Positions 25,521 through 38,556 of a DNA stretch of 64,000 nt are shown here, one piece after another. Position 1 is the stretch's first letter. The number at the start of each line of letters is the position of its first letter. The notes under the pieces were generated by a model that saw only the letters and a program-made list of their open reading frames with translations, did not search any database and was not told the origin of the DNA. Both the position numbers and the translations under genes were made by a program. Source of the stretch: Octopus vulgaris. Taxonomy: Eukaryota. The stretch covers positions 11,408,001 through 11,472,000 of the forward strand of contig OX597843.1 of NCBI GenBank assembly GCA_951406725.2, read 5' to 3'.

Positions 25521-25888
25521 GTTTGTGCTTAATTTTTGTTTTGTTTTATTAAGCTTACATTTAATTGTAACATCTGTGTGTGTGATGGAAGAAGCTGCAG
25601 ACGGTGGAAATGACATTTGTAAAGTCAGATTAACAAAGCTTTCCCATTTTAAAGAGAGATTAACCCCAACAAAAAGCAATTGCTCCTTGTTTAAAAGTTG
25701 TTCTCGACCACTGTATAATGTGTGCGTGTGTGTATGCAATGCCTACTAATATTATTTTCTGTGTTGTGTGTTTATGTAAACCCTGTATTTTTCTGCATGC
25801 GTTTTAATCATTCCCTAAGCACCACTTAATATAGGGACCATTGCCAAATTTCCCTTCCCTGCTTTCTGGTTACCTCCATTTCCAGATC

Positions 25889-26778
25889 TTTATATTTAGA
25901 TAATTTCTCCATTGGTTTTAGAGATACATTATCGTCTATTGAGATTGATATGTTGATTAGGAATTATTTCTCTTCTTGATATCCTTGATAACAATATCTG
26001 GTCAATTATTATCATTCTCTCCTTGCCTCTGTGTGACTTTTATATTTAGATAATTTCTCCATTGGTTTTAGAGATACATTATCATCTATTGAGATTGATA
26101 TGTTGATTAGGAATTATTTCTCTTGATGATCCTTGATAACAATATCTGGTCAATTATTATCGTTCTCTCCTTGTCTCTGTGTGACTTTTATATTTAGATA
26201 ATTTCTCCATTGGTTTTAGAGATACATTATCATCTATTGAGATTGATATGTTGATTAGGAATTATTTCTCTTCTTGATATCCTTAATAACAATATCTGGT
26301 CAATTATTATCGTTCTCTCCTTGTCTCTGTGTGACTTTTATATTTAGATAATTTCTCCATTGGTTTTAGGGATACATTATCATCTATTGAGATTGATATG
26401 TTGATTAGGAATTATTTCTCTTGATGATCCTTGATAACAATATCTGGTCAATTATTATCGTTCTCTCCTTGTCTCTGTGTGACTTTTATATTTAGATAAT
26501 TTCTCCATTGGTTTTAGAGATACATTATCATCTATTGAGATTGATATGTTGATTAGGAATTATTTCTCTTGATGATCCTTGATAACAATATCTGGTCAAT
26601 TATTGTCATTCTCTCCTTGTCTCTGTGTGACTTTTATATTTAGATAATTTCTCCATTGGTTTTAGAGATACATTATCATCTATTGAGATTTATAAGTCGG
26701 TTAAGAATTATTTCTCTTCTTGATATCCTTGATAACAATATCTGGTCAATTATTATCGTTCTCTCCTTGTCTCTGTGT
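25889..26778. repeat. Tandem array, 148-150-bp unit, about 6 copies
   Basis: tttatatttagataatttctccattgg at about 25889, 26039, 26187, 26337, 26485 and 26633. Confidence 0.95.
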
Positions 26779-27340
26779 CTGATATATCCCAGAGTATGGT
26801 TGCTTTGAAAATTCTCTCACACTTTTCCTGGCATATATATCTTTATCTTTCCCTCTTGGTATTTCATAATGCTGCCGTAACTTCCAAGTGTAAGTCCCCA
26901 CCCTGTCAGGTCTGTATATGTATTCTTTCTTGGTTAAGACTAGGCAGCCAATGTGGTTTACTGCTTATTCATTACATACTTTCGGTGCTTTGTGATGTGG
27001 AGGCTTTGATCCTATGCTGCAATCAAGAATGCTTCCATCTCAGTCAGTGTTAGGAATTTCCTGTGTCTTCTTTGCCCTTCATCTATCCCTTTCATACATC
27101 TGTCTTTTCTTAATATTGAATTATTCCAACATTCTGCAACCCCAGTTTTAGCCTTTTCACAATTTCTCTGTCCCTGTTTTCTTTATAACTCTCATATCAT
27201 ATATCAGCCTTTTTGTTGTTGTTTTTTTTTTTGTTGTTGTTTTTCTAGCTTCTGAAGACAAGAAAGCAGTTGTTTTTTCTGTTTTAATTTTTCTTTTGTT
27301 TTCTTTTGTTTTTGGTCTTGTTTCCTAGCAATTCTTGTAG

Positions 27341-27379
27341 TCCTACTTTGTCAGTCCCTCAAGAGCTCTTTCAAGATTT
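27341..27379 (+). CDS. Candidate microexon, 39 nt SYFVSPSRALSRF
   Basis: U-rich tract, ttcttgtag acceptor, ttt|gtatgg donor. An upstream AG at 27328 would add a stop. Confidence 0.35.
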
Positions 27380-29004
27380 GTATGGGATTGGTCATTTAAC
27401 CCCATACAGTAATCTCTCGTCTCTCTCTCTTTTATTCACAGGCCTTAGGTGCAATCCCATGGTCATTCATGACCGAAGGGGGTCTTTACCTTACCTTACA
27501 TTGATTCATAATGTCCTGTGCCACTTTCACTATATTGATTTTTCTGGGTGCACATCTCTAAGTTCAGTGGAAACTCAGACGTGTCTAGGTGTGGTTATTT
27601 TCAAAACACACAGCCTAACTGACCGTGAGAACGACCAGTGATGACGGGAGGACCACAAATTACACTGTGTGGCAATATTTAATCCAGCTTCTGGTGGCTT
27701 TGACTTCAAAATGCCACCAAGGTCGGCTTTGACCTTACACCCTTCTCAGATTGATAAAGTACCTGCCGTTGGGTGGCGGACTGGTAAAATTGCAAGAGCA
27801 TCAGACAGCGTGTTTCATGGCATTCGTTTCAGCTCTTTGTGTGTTCTGAGTTCAAACCCCACCGTTTCCTGCTTGGGCGGTGATTGTAATCCATCGGACC
27901 TGGTTTCATAAGCATTAACCATCACTGCTTCCTGGCCCCTCAGGTACCTTTAGTGGCTCCTGCTCTGTTGCATGATCTCAAGGCAGGTCCCTAGTTCTTC
28001 CCAACCACCAATTTTGGAGCCCCTTTAAGGCTCAAGGGCACTACCTTCTATCCTGATGAAACAAGTACTTAAACGAAAAGAAATCTTGAATGTACCCCAT
28101 ATAAAGAAAATATGCTTCAAGTGTCCCTGGTATATATTGTTACTTTGTCATACCTTTTTTTCTCATTTTTTTTCTTCTTTTGTCTTAATTTTTTTTGTGA
28201 AGCTAAAAAAAATACCAATTTAGCCTTTTTTGTGTGTGTTTTCATTTTTGTGTGTTTATTAATGATGCTGATGATGATTATTATTATTAAGACGGTGAGC
28301 CACCAGAATCATTAGCCTGTCGGACAAAATGCTTAGCAGCATTTCCTCTGGCCCTTTATGTTCTGAGTTCAAATTCTGCCATAGTCAGCTTTGCCTTTCA
28401 TCCTTGTAGCAGTCAAGTACTGGGGTTAATGTAATCAACTGGTCCCCCTCCTCTCAAAACTCCAGGTCTTGCACCAAAATTTGAAACCATTATTAATATT
28501 ATCAAGGCGGTGAACTGGCAGAATTGTCTGTGTGTCAGACAAGAGGCTTAGCAGCATTTCCTCTGGTTCCATGCTCAGCTGGTGCTTGTTTTATCGACCC
28601 CCACCGAAAAGATGAAGGGCAAAAAGGACCTCAGCAAATATTTGAACTTTGCCTTTCATCTTTTTGTGGGGTCACTGAAGTAAGTAGCAGTCAAGTACTG
28701 GAGTAAATGTATTTAAATTTTTCTCTCCCCCTTCAAGATTTCTGGCCTTATACAAAAATTAGAATAATTATTGTTATTATTAACCCTTTAGTGTTCAGAT
28801 TATTCTATCAAACATAATGCTTATTGATTCCCATTGATTTGAATTAATCATGCATTATCTCATATCTTCAAGATCTTGATGGTGTAATTACTTAATATAG
28901 AATAACATTGTAGGGTAGGTGTGAGAGCCTGGATCTGGTCAGTCTGAACATAAAACAGATTAAATATTTTGGCCGGATATGGCCGGTTTAAATACTAAAG
29001 GGTT

Positions 29005-30810
29005 ATGGTGGGGAGCTGGCAGAATCGTTAGCGAGCCGGGCAAAATGCTTAGCGGCATTTCGTCCATCTTTACATTCTGAGTTCAAACTCCGCTAAGGTT
29101 GACTTTGCCTTTCATCCTTTTGGGGTCGATAAAATAAGTACCAGTTGAACACTGGGGTCGATGTAATCGACTCATCCCCGCCCTCAAGAAATTGCTGCCC
29201 TTGTGGCAAAATTTGAAACCATTATTATTATGATTATTATTATTATTTCCGCTAAGGTTGACTTTGGCTTTCATCCTTTTGGGGTCGATAAAATAAGTAC
29301 CAGTTGAACACTGGGGTCGATGTAATCGACTCATCCCCGCCCTCAAGAAATTGCTGCCCTTGTGGCAAAATTTGAAACCATTATTATTATGATTATTATT
29401 ATTATTATTTCCACTAAGGTTGACTTTGCCTTTCATCCTTTTGGGGTCGATGTAATCGACTCATCCCCGCCCTCAAGAAATTGCTGCCCTTGTGGCAAAA
29501 TTTGAAACCATTATTATTATGATTATTATTATTATTTCCGCTATGGTTGACTTTGGCTTTCATCCTTTTGGGGTCGATAAAATAAGTACCAGTTGAACAC
29601 TGGGGTCGATCTAATCGACTCATCCCCGCCCTCAAGAAATTGCTGCCCTTGTAGCAAAATTTGAAACTATTATTATTATTATTATTATTTCTGCTAAGGT
29701 TGACTTTGTCTTTCATCCTTTTGGGGTCGATAAAATAAGTACCAGTTGAACACTGGGGTCGATCTAATCGACTCGTCCCCGCCCTCAAGAAATTGCTGCC
29801 CTTGTGGCAAAATTTGAAACCATTATTATTATGATTATTATTATTATTTCTGCTAAGGTTGACTTTGTCTTTCATCCTTTTGGGGTCAATAAAATAAGTA
29901 CCAGTTAAACACTGGGGTCGATCTAATCGACTCGTCTCCGCCCTCAAGAAATTGCTGCCCTTGTGGCAAAATTTGAAACCATTATTATTATGATTATTAT
30001 TATTATTTCCGCTAAGGTTGACTTTGGCTTTCATCCTTTTGGGGTCGATAAAATAAGTACCAGTTGAACACTGGGGTCGATCTAATCGACTCGTCCCCGC
30101 CCTCAAGAAATTGCTGCCCTTGTGGCAAAATTTGAAGCCATTATTATTATGATTATTATTATTTCCGCTAAGGTTGACTTTGGCTTTCATCCTTTTGGGG
30201 TCGATAAAATAAGTACCAGTTGAACACTGGGGTCGATCTAATCGACTCATCCCCGCCCTCAAGAAATTGCTGCCCTTGTAGCAAAATTTGAAACTATTAT
30301 TATTATTATTATTATTTCTGCTAAGGTTGACTTTGGCTTTCATCCTTTTGGGGTCGATAAAATAAGTACCAGTTGAACACTGGGGTCGATCTAATCGACT
30401 CGTCCCCACCCTCAAGAAATTGCTGCCCTTGTGGCAAAATTTGAAACCATTATTATTATGATTATTATTATTTCCGCTAAGGTTGACTTTGTCTTTCATC
30501 CTTTTGGGGTCGATAAAATAAGTACCAGTTACACACTGGGGTCGATGTAATCGACTCATCCCCGCCCTCAAGAAATTGCTGCCCTTGTGGCAAAATTTGA
30601 AGCCATTATTATTATAATTATTATTATTATTTCCGCTAAGGTTGACTTTGTCTTTCATCCTTTTGGGGTCGATAAAATAAGTACCAGTTACACACTGGGG
30701 GTCGATGTAATCGACTCATCCCCGCCCTCAAGAAATTGCTGCCCTTGTGGCAAAATTTGAAGCCATTATTATTATGATTATTATTATTATTATTATGATT
30801 ATTACTATTA
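29005..30810 (+). repeat. SINE family A head followed by about 11 tandem copies (about 156-162 bp) of its body and (ATT)n tail
   Basis: ctaaggttgactttg...attattatt unit reiterated. Confidence 0.95.
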
Positions 30811-31062
30811 TTGGCTTGTTTTGTCTTTGATTGTTGGAAACAGCAAGAGTGTCAAAGTTTGTCGAAGTTTCCTGCTAATTCTTTTCCATTATTTCCTTTT
30901 TAAAAAAAAAGAGAAAAAAAGAAAACGAAACAAAAAAAAGAGAAAACAAAACGAGAAATTCTTGCTGTTTTGTGATATGTCATTCTTTCTTTCTTTCTTT
31001 CTTCGTTAACGAGAGATTTTTTTAAGACGGGATCTTTTCTCTTTCTCTTACCTGTTTTATAG

Positions 31063-31083
31063 CTTTGGATGGTAAAACCTGAT
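31063..31083 (+). CDS. Candidate microexon, 21 nt LWMVKPD
   Basis: ctctttcttacctgttttatag acceptor, consensus gat|gtaagt donor, phase 0/0. Confidence 0.55.
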
Positions 31084-31326
31084 GTAAGTATTACTCAATG
31101 TTTCCTGAAGGACAGGTGGTTTGGTAAACAAACCCCTCTCCCTGTAAATATCATTCCATTTTTCCTCTTTTTTTTTTTTCTTCCAACGGTTGGCTTCTTG
31201 TTTCCATTTCTTTCGTTTCTCTTTATTTTTGGTTGGTTCCCCCCCCCTCTCTTTTTTATTTTCTGTTAGTTTTTTTTTGGCAATAACCTTTACTCTCGTT
31301 TTTAATATTTTAATACTTCTTACTAG

Positions 31327-31384
31327 CTCCAGTATCTACGGCCCAGCCTGTTTCTGTACACGTCCGTTATGTCTTCAGCATGAG
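31327..31384 (+). other. Candidate stop-containing (poison) exon, LQYLRPSLFLYTSVMSSA*
   Basis: cttcttactag acceptor, gag|gtaaca donor, in-frame TGA at 31381-31383. Confidence 0.4.
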
Positions 31385-31486
31385 GTAACAGAAAGAAAAG
31401 TAGATAGTGTTTTTTATTTCCATTCGTCATCGTTTTTTAACGTCCACTTTTCCGTGCTTGCATGGAACAGATGGAATTTATTGAGA

Positions 31487-32966
31487 TAGATTTTTCCACA
31501 ACCAGAAACCCTTCCTGTCGCCAACCTTCGCCCAAGCATGGTAATATTTCCCCGTGGCCAGACATGTTTTTGCAGAACATTGGAACTGAATGACACTTGT
31601 TTACAGCAATCAGGCAATTGTCAAGACAAGCAGGCACAAGCATACATCAACATATTCTCTCTCACATATATACACATGGTGGGCTTCTTTCAGTTTCCAT
31701 CTACTCAAGCCATTCACAAGGCTTTGGATAGATTTTTCCACAACCAGAATCCCTTCCTGTCGCCAACCTTCGCCCGTTTCCAAGCATGGTAATATTTCCC
31801 CGTGGCCAGACATGTTTTTGCAGAACATTGGAACTGAATGACACTTGTTTACAGCAATCAGGCAATTGTCAAGACAAGCAGGCACAAGCATACATCAACA
31901 TAGTCTCTCTCACATATATACACATGGTGGGCTTCTTTCAGTTTCCATCTACTCAAGCCATTCACAAGGCTTTGGATAGATTTTTCCACAACCAGAATCC
32001 CTTCCTGTCGCCAACCTTCACCCGTTTCCAAGCATGGTAATATTTCCCCGTGGCCAGACATGTTTTTGCAGAACATTGGAACTGAATGACACTTGTTTAC
32101 AGCAATCAGGCAATTGTCAAGACAAGCAGGCACAAGCATACATCAACATAGTCTCTCTCACATATATACACATGGTGGGCTTCTTTCAGTTTCCATCTAC
32201 TCAAGCCATTCACAAGGCTTTGGATAGATTTTTCCACAACCAGAATCCCTTCCTGTCGCCAACCTTCGCCCGTTTCCAAGCATGGTAATATTTCCCCGTG
32301 GCCAGACATGTTTTTGCAGAACATTGGAACTGAATGACACTTGTTTACAGCAATCAGGCAATTGTCAAGACAAGCAGGTACAAGCATACATCAACATATT
32401 CTCTCTCACATATATACACATGGTGGGCTTCTTTCAGTTTCCATCTACTCAAGCCATTCACAAGGCTTTGGATAGATTTTTCCACAACCAGAATCCCTTC
32501 CTGTCGCCAACCTTCGCCCGTTTCCAAGCATGGTAATATTTCCCCGTGGCCAGACATGTTTTTGCAGAACATTGGAACTGAATGACACTTGTTTACAGCA
32601 ATCAGGCAATTGTCAAGACAAGCAGGCACAAGCATACATCAACATAGTCTCTCTCACATATATACACATGGTGGGCTTCTTTCAGTTTCCATCTACTCAA
32701 GCCATTCACAAGGCTTTGGATAGATTTTTCCACAACCAGAATCCCTTCCTGTCGCCAACCTTCACCCGTTTCCAAGCATGGTAATATTTCCCCGTGGCCA
32801 GACATGTTTTTGCAGAACATTGGAATTGAATGACACTTGTTTACAGCAATCAGGCAATTGTCAAGACAAGCAGGCACAAGCATACATCAACATATTCTCT
32901 CTCACATATATACACATGGTGGGCTTCTTTCAGTTTCCATCTACTCAAGCCATTCACAAGGCTTTG
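31487..32966. repeat. Tandem array, 248-bp unit, about 6 copies
   Basis: ORF-track repeats at 248-bp spacing. The unit joins pieces of two decayed retroposons. Confidence 0.95.
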
Positions 32967-33168
32967 GTTTGCCCAAGGTTATAGTAAAAGACACTTGCCC
33001 AAAGTGCCATGAAGTGGGACTGAACCCGGAACCATACGGTTGCATGCTTGTAATTTGTCTTGATTTTTTTTTTCTAATTGGTGGTGGGGGTGGGAGAAGA
33101 CTGAAGAAGAAAAATAGAAGAAAAAAAACTTAGTTCAATGTGCCTTATTCATTTTCTTTTTCTTCCAG

Positions 33169-33198
33169 GGCAAAAGCCATCTTAGTTCAAATTCAAAT
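33169..33198 (+). CDS. Candidate microexon, 30 nt GKSHLSSNSN
   Basis: Strong acceptor ttttctttttcttccag but weak donor aat|gtgctt. Read-through gives VL*. Confidence 0.3.
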
Positions 33199-34116
33199 GT
33201 GCTTTAGACATTATCCATGATAACCTTTGTCTTTCCAATAACATTCATATACTTCATGCCATCTTTTTTTTTTTTTTTTTTTTTTTTTTAAGTCAGAATG
33301 AAAGGTTGCCTGTGACCTTTTACAGGGTCCCTGGACCAGTGGGACAGAGATAGGAAGGGCTCCTTGAAATAGAAACCTGACCCAAATGTTCACAGCAGAG
33401 TGATGCTGTTGGGCTAGTCAACAGATTAAATTTGCCACCAAAGTAGTCTCTAGTGGGATTTGAACTCAGAACATAGAACAGATACCACAAAGCATCATTT
33501 TGCCCAACCCTCTAACAGTTACACTGATTTCTTTTTTTTTTTTTTTTTTTTTTTATTGAATCTTGAAAGGATGTATGGCAAAGTTGATCTTAGTGAGATT
33601 TGAACTCAGATACTAATTGTCAGAATATTATGTCTGTAATTATGTGTGCATTCCGAAAAAGGATATACAGGATATACACAACGAGCACAAACTGACTCAA
33701 ACTCGCTCCTACACATGTCAAAATTAAACAGAGAATACAACCTGGCAACCACACCAGACTCTGAGGGTGGAGTCTTCGACTTGGCCTGAGCATGGACTCA
33801 AACTCAAATGAAATGAAATGAAAGGCAAGTGTGTGGTGTTTTGGTGCTGCTTCTATCCAAACATCTATCACTACTTCCTGCAAGTCTAAACCCCTCGCTG
33901 TTGTTGTTCATGCTATATACTCTTACCTTGGTACTACAGACCCAGGTGGGGGGAAAACATCGGTTTGATGAAGCCAATTGCCTGCAGGTACCGACACTAT
34001 GGTTAGGTTACTTTGGGAGTGGCTAATATCAACAATTACATTACAAAAGACAGGAATAAATAGAGTACTGTACTTTTAATCAAGCACACGATCCAATCTA
34101 ACAGTTGGGAATCCCT

Positions 34117-34408
34117 GCTCTAGGGTCAAGGGGAATTCCAACCACGTTTTGTGGTTCGCTACCTCAACAGCTCTTTTATAGTGGCTAAAGGCATCATCAG
34201 GAGGAATCATGTCGGGTTTTGGTCCCTACTCCTCTACCATTTTCGACGTGGCGGAGTGCCCCCCTTTCTGCTCTAGGGTCAAGGAGAATTCCAACCACGT
34301 TTTGTGGTTCACTACCTCAACAGCTCCTTTATAGGTTCCAGTGACTAAAGGCATCATCAGGAGGAATCATGTCGGGTTTTGGCCCCTACTCCTCTACCAT
34401 TTTCGACG
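34117..34408. repeat. Tandem duplication of about 150 bp
   Basis: ctgctctagggtcaagg...gcggagtgcccccc occurs twice. Confidence 0.85.
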
Positions 34409-34515
34409 TGGCGGAGTGCCCCCCCTTTCAGAGGTGTCTTCAGCTCTGGTGTTGAGTGCTTTTTTTTTTCCCCTTTGTTCTTTGGTTTCTTCGATGCAGC
34501 ATCAATGAATGTCAG

Positions 34516-34560
34516 CAGGCGAATGACTATCCTGCCAAATTTCCCTTCAAATACTTGTCG
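34516..34560 (+). CDS. Candidate cassette exon, 45 nt QANDYPAKFPFKYLS
   Basis: tcg|gtaggc donor. In frame from gtcag(34515), while the first AG (34499) gives HQ*. Confidence 0.3.
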
Positions 34561-34744
34561 GTAGGCTCCAGCAGCCAGCACCAGCTAACTGTCACATGAC
34601 ACTGTCTAAGCGCGTAGTTTTGGCCTGCACCCTCTTTAAACCTACCTTCCAACAGTGCCATGTTAGTTTCAGTTATTTGACTAATCTCTTCCCCTTAAAT
34701 TTGAGACCATGGACCTATATCAGAAATAATTGTGAGGTTTCCTT

Positions 34745-34785
34745 CTGTCGTTATTTTTCTCTCGAAAGTATCTTCATAGGTAAGT
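34745..34785 (+). promoter_or_regulatory. Candidate recursive splice site or 11-nt microexon
   Basis: Pyrimidine tract then tcttcatag|gtaagt, an acceptor abutting a consensus donor at 34779/34780. Confidence 0.35.
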
Positions 34786-34952
34786 GACTCACGATGTTAA
34801 TGTTATTTATACAATTAGCATTTAAACCGGCCATAACTGGCCCAAATATCCTACCAGTTTTATGTTCAGACCAGACATATCTAGTTTTTTACATGTACTT
34901 GTACATTGACATTCTAAAAATAAACGATCGCATCATTAGTATTTTGAAGCTG

Positions 34953-35630
34953 ATGCCCGCCCCGACTGGCTCCTTTGCCGGTGGCACATAAAAAGCACCA
35001 TCCGAACGTGGCCGATGCCAGCTCCACCTCGACTGGCTCCTTTGCCGGTGGCACATAAAAAGCACCATCCGAACGTGGCCGATGCCAGCCCCGCCCCGAC
35101 TGGCTCCTTTGCCGGTGGCACATAAAAAGCACCATCCGAACGTGGCCAATGCCAGCCCTGCTCTGACTGGCTCCTTTGCCGGTGGCACATAAAAGCACCA
35201 TCCGAACGTGGCCGATGCCAGCCCCGCCCCGACTGGCTCCTTTGCCGGTGGCACATAAAAAGCACCATCCGAACGTGGCCGATGCCAGCCCCGCCCCGAC
35301 TGGCTCCTTTGCCGGTGGCACATAAAAAGCACCATCCGAACATGGCCGATGCCAGCGCCGCCCCGACTGGCTTCTGTGCCGGTGGCACGTTAAAAGCTCC
35401 AACCGATCGTGGCCGATGCCAGCGCCGGACCCCCCTGGCACCTGTGCAGGTGGCACGTAAAAAGCACCCACTACACTCGCGGAGTGGTTGGCGTTAGGAA
35501 GGGCATCCAGCTGTTGAAACTCTGCCAGATCAGACTGGCGCCTGGTGCAGCCCCTGGCTTCCCAGACCCCGGTCGAACCGTCCAACCCGTGCTAGCGTGG
35601 AAAACGGACGTTAAACGATGATGATGATGA
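34953..35630 (+). repeat. RTE-type tail with 63-bp minisatellite, about 7 copies
   Basis: aaaaagcaccatccgaacgtggccgatgccagc repeated, inserted in a TTAA MITE. Confidence 0.9.
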
Positions 35631-37108
35631 AGATAATGAATGATGGATTTAAAACAATGAAAAAACAAGCTTTGCATTTGACAAAGTAATCTGAAAGCCA
35701 ATAGTTTAATGCATTGTTCTAGTGCCATATCTGTAGACTGGTCTGTTTCTGTATAATGTGGATCATCAGTGCAAAGACTTGGGAACAGAAGACAGTCAGT
35801 TGTGTTGTCCAGCTTTATTTTAAATCAGAGCAAGGTTAATGATAGAAAATTTCCTTACCACTTTTGAATTCGATCCTCAGTACATGACTGGTACTTAGGT
35901 CCAGGCGAGCTGGCAGAAACGTTAGCACGCCGGGCGAAATGCGTAGCCGTATTTCGTCTGCCGTTATGTTCTGAGTTCAAATTCCACCGAGGTCGACTTT
36001 GCCTCTCGTCCTTTCGGGGTTGATAAATTAAGTACCAGTTACGTACTGGGGTCGATGTAATCGACTTAATCTGTTTGTCTGTCCTTGTTCGTCCCCTCTG
36101 TGTTTAGCCCCTTGTGGGTAGTAAAGAAATAGGTACTTAGGTCCTTTTTCACTCCTGGAAAGATAAATGTCTCAAAGTTGACCCCCGCAAGAACAAATAC
36201 CACAAAGCATTTTGTCTTACTCTAACAATTCAACCTATCAACTGCCATCAATAATAATAATTTCAGATTTTGGCTCAAGGCCTGCAATTTTAAGGGAGGG
36301 TAAGTCAGTTACATCAACCCCACCCATGGTCAGATCATATTTATTTAATTGAGCCTGAAAGGAAGAAAGGCAAAATGGACATCAGTGAAATTTGAGCTTG
36401 GAACATAAAGAAGCAGAAGAAATTATCATCATCATCATCGCTTAACGTCCGTTCTCCATGCTAGCATGGGTTGGACGGTTCGACCGGGGATCTGGGAAGC
36501 CAGAAGGCTGCACCAGGTTCCAGTCTGATCTGGCAGTGTTTCTACAGCTGGATGCCCTTCCTAATGCCAACCACTCCGTGAGTGTAGTGGGTGCTTTTTA
36601 CGTGCCACCTGCACATGTGCCAGGCGAGGCTGGCAACGGCCACAGTCAGATTGGTGTATTTTACGTGCCACCGGCACGGAAGCCAGTCGAGGCGGCGATG
36701 GCATCGGCCACGAGTCGGATAGTGCTTTTTACGTACCACCAGACCAGGGGTCCTGGCTGGTTCAATTCGATTTCGATAATAATAATAATAATAATAATAA
36801 TAGTTTCTGGTATAGACACAAGGCTGATAAACTTGGGGGAAGAAGCAAGTTGATGCTTTGCCCTTCACCTTCAGGGGAGTGGAGGGTGATAAAACAAAAC
36901 GGAACTTGGCAGGACTTCAACTCTGAATATAGTTGGAACACTGCATTTTCTCATGCTCCCTTATCGCCACCCTTAACAACAAGTCTTTCTACTTTTTGAC
37001 TTAAGGTCAGCAATTTTGAAGGGAGGGGTGCTAACCTGGTATCTGTTTTATCGACCGTGAATACATGTGAGGCCAAGTCCGCTTCTCATCGTTTCAGGAT
37101 CGATAAAA

Positions 37109-37620
37109 TCTATATATATATAAAACTGTAGTTGTGTGAGTGTCTGTCCCCTTCGATTTAGATTCCTAACTCCTCCCACATTTTGCGGTGCAGTTTAACC
37201 AAATTCGGGTATCTTATAGTCGTGATTCAAATCGAGCCCGTCTGGCTATTAGTGCGCGTCTACGATGAGTCTACGATTTAAAAGATAATTTAACATCATT
37301 TTTTATTCCATTTTAATGCATAATTTTTCGTGTGTCAATGGCGGCGGAGTTGGCGTCCACGCTCACAGCTGCACCTGTTTGCTTCTCCCCCTTCCCTCCC
37401 TCGTGAAGCTGTGGGGAAGGGAGTGTAAGGAAATCAACGTCGTAAAGCGTTGTCAAGGAGACCAGCGTTCTTTTAGAACAACGACTTCATGGCTTGAAGA
37501 CACCAAAACAGAAATGGCTAAGAAAGCCCGAATTGGCATCTATAAGGGAAGTAACTCTCTAAAAATGCTTATATAGTTATTTCCCTTACAAACCCGAGCA
37601 ACGCCGGGCGATACTGCTAG
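37109..37620 (+). mobile_element. Complete non-autonomous Helitron
   Basis: 5' TC, 3' hairpin plus CTAG, inserted between A (37108) and T (37621), no TSD. Confidence 0.85.
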
Positions 37621-38556
37621 TAAGTAATAATAGTAATGTGAAATTTTTGATTCATTTGTTTACTTTTATATATTTGTTGGAGGTAGCTTCAGTTTTTATG
37701 ATAATATGCATTTCATTTCAACATATGAGTTTATTAATAATGATAACTATAACATCTTCATCTTAATTATATATTTCTAATTTGGTTTCCCTTTTGATAA
37801 CATAGAAATGATATCAGAAAACAGCAACAAAATTGATTTTGATTAAAACTTTTAATTTTTGTTTTGTGCATGTGTGTGTGTAAGGCGGCAAGCTGGCAGA
37901 ATCGTTAGCACGCCGGGCGAAATGCGTGGCCGTATTTCGTCTGCCGTTACGTTCCGAGTTCAAATTCCGCCGAGGTCGACTTTGCCTTTCATCCTTTCGG
38001 GGTCGATAAATTAAGTACCAGTTACGCACTGGGGTCGATGTAATCGACTTAATACCTGTGTCTGTCCTTGTTTGTCCCCTCTGTGTTTAGCCCCTTGTGG
38101 GTAATAAAGAAATAGGTATGCATGACCATGTGGTTAAGATGTTTGCTTCCCATCCACTTGGTTTTGAGTTCAGTCCCACTGCATGGCACTTTGGTTGAGT
38201 ATCTTCTATTTTGGCCTTGGACCCACCAAAGTCTTGAGTGTGGACTTGGTACATTGAAAGTGAAAGAAAACCACCTGTGTGTGCATAGGCACACATTTGT
38301 GTCTCCTTGTATTGGTATTACTCAGAATCAGATTAGAAAGGAAACTCCTTAACTACCGAGACACCTCTGTGTTTGTGTGTGTGCTTATATGCAAGTCGTG
38401 TATTTGTATGTGAGTATATACCTGTGTGTGTGTGTGTGTGTATTAATATTTTTTATAAGTGATCACTGTGTATTGACTAGAGATCATTTATCAGATTTAA
38501 GCTTATAAAAAATATTGTTTACAGAATAGTAAAACTCGGCACCGCTTATCAAATCA

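Noticed and set aside
28140-28240. U-rich island with AG (LKKIPI*), and similar sites at about 12799, 21186, 27249, 30844 and 37805
   Set aside because: Acceptor or donor too weak or ambiguous to define an exon by eye.
29414-30658. 414-aa repetitive ORF with poly-N
   Set aside because: Antisense reading of a tandemly amplified SINE with (ATT)n tails.
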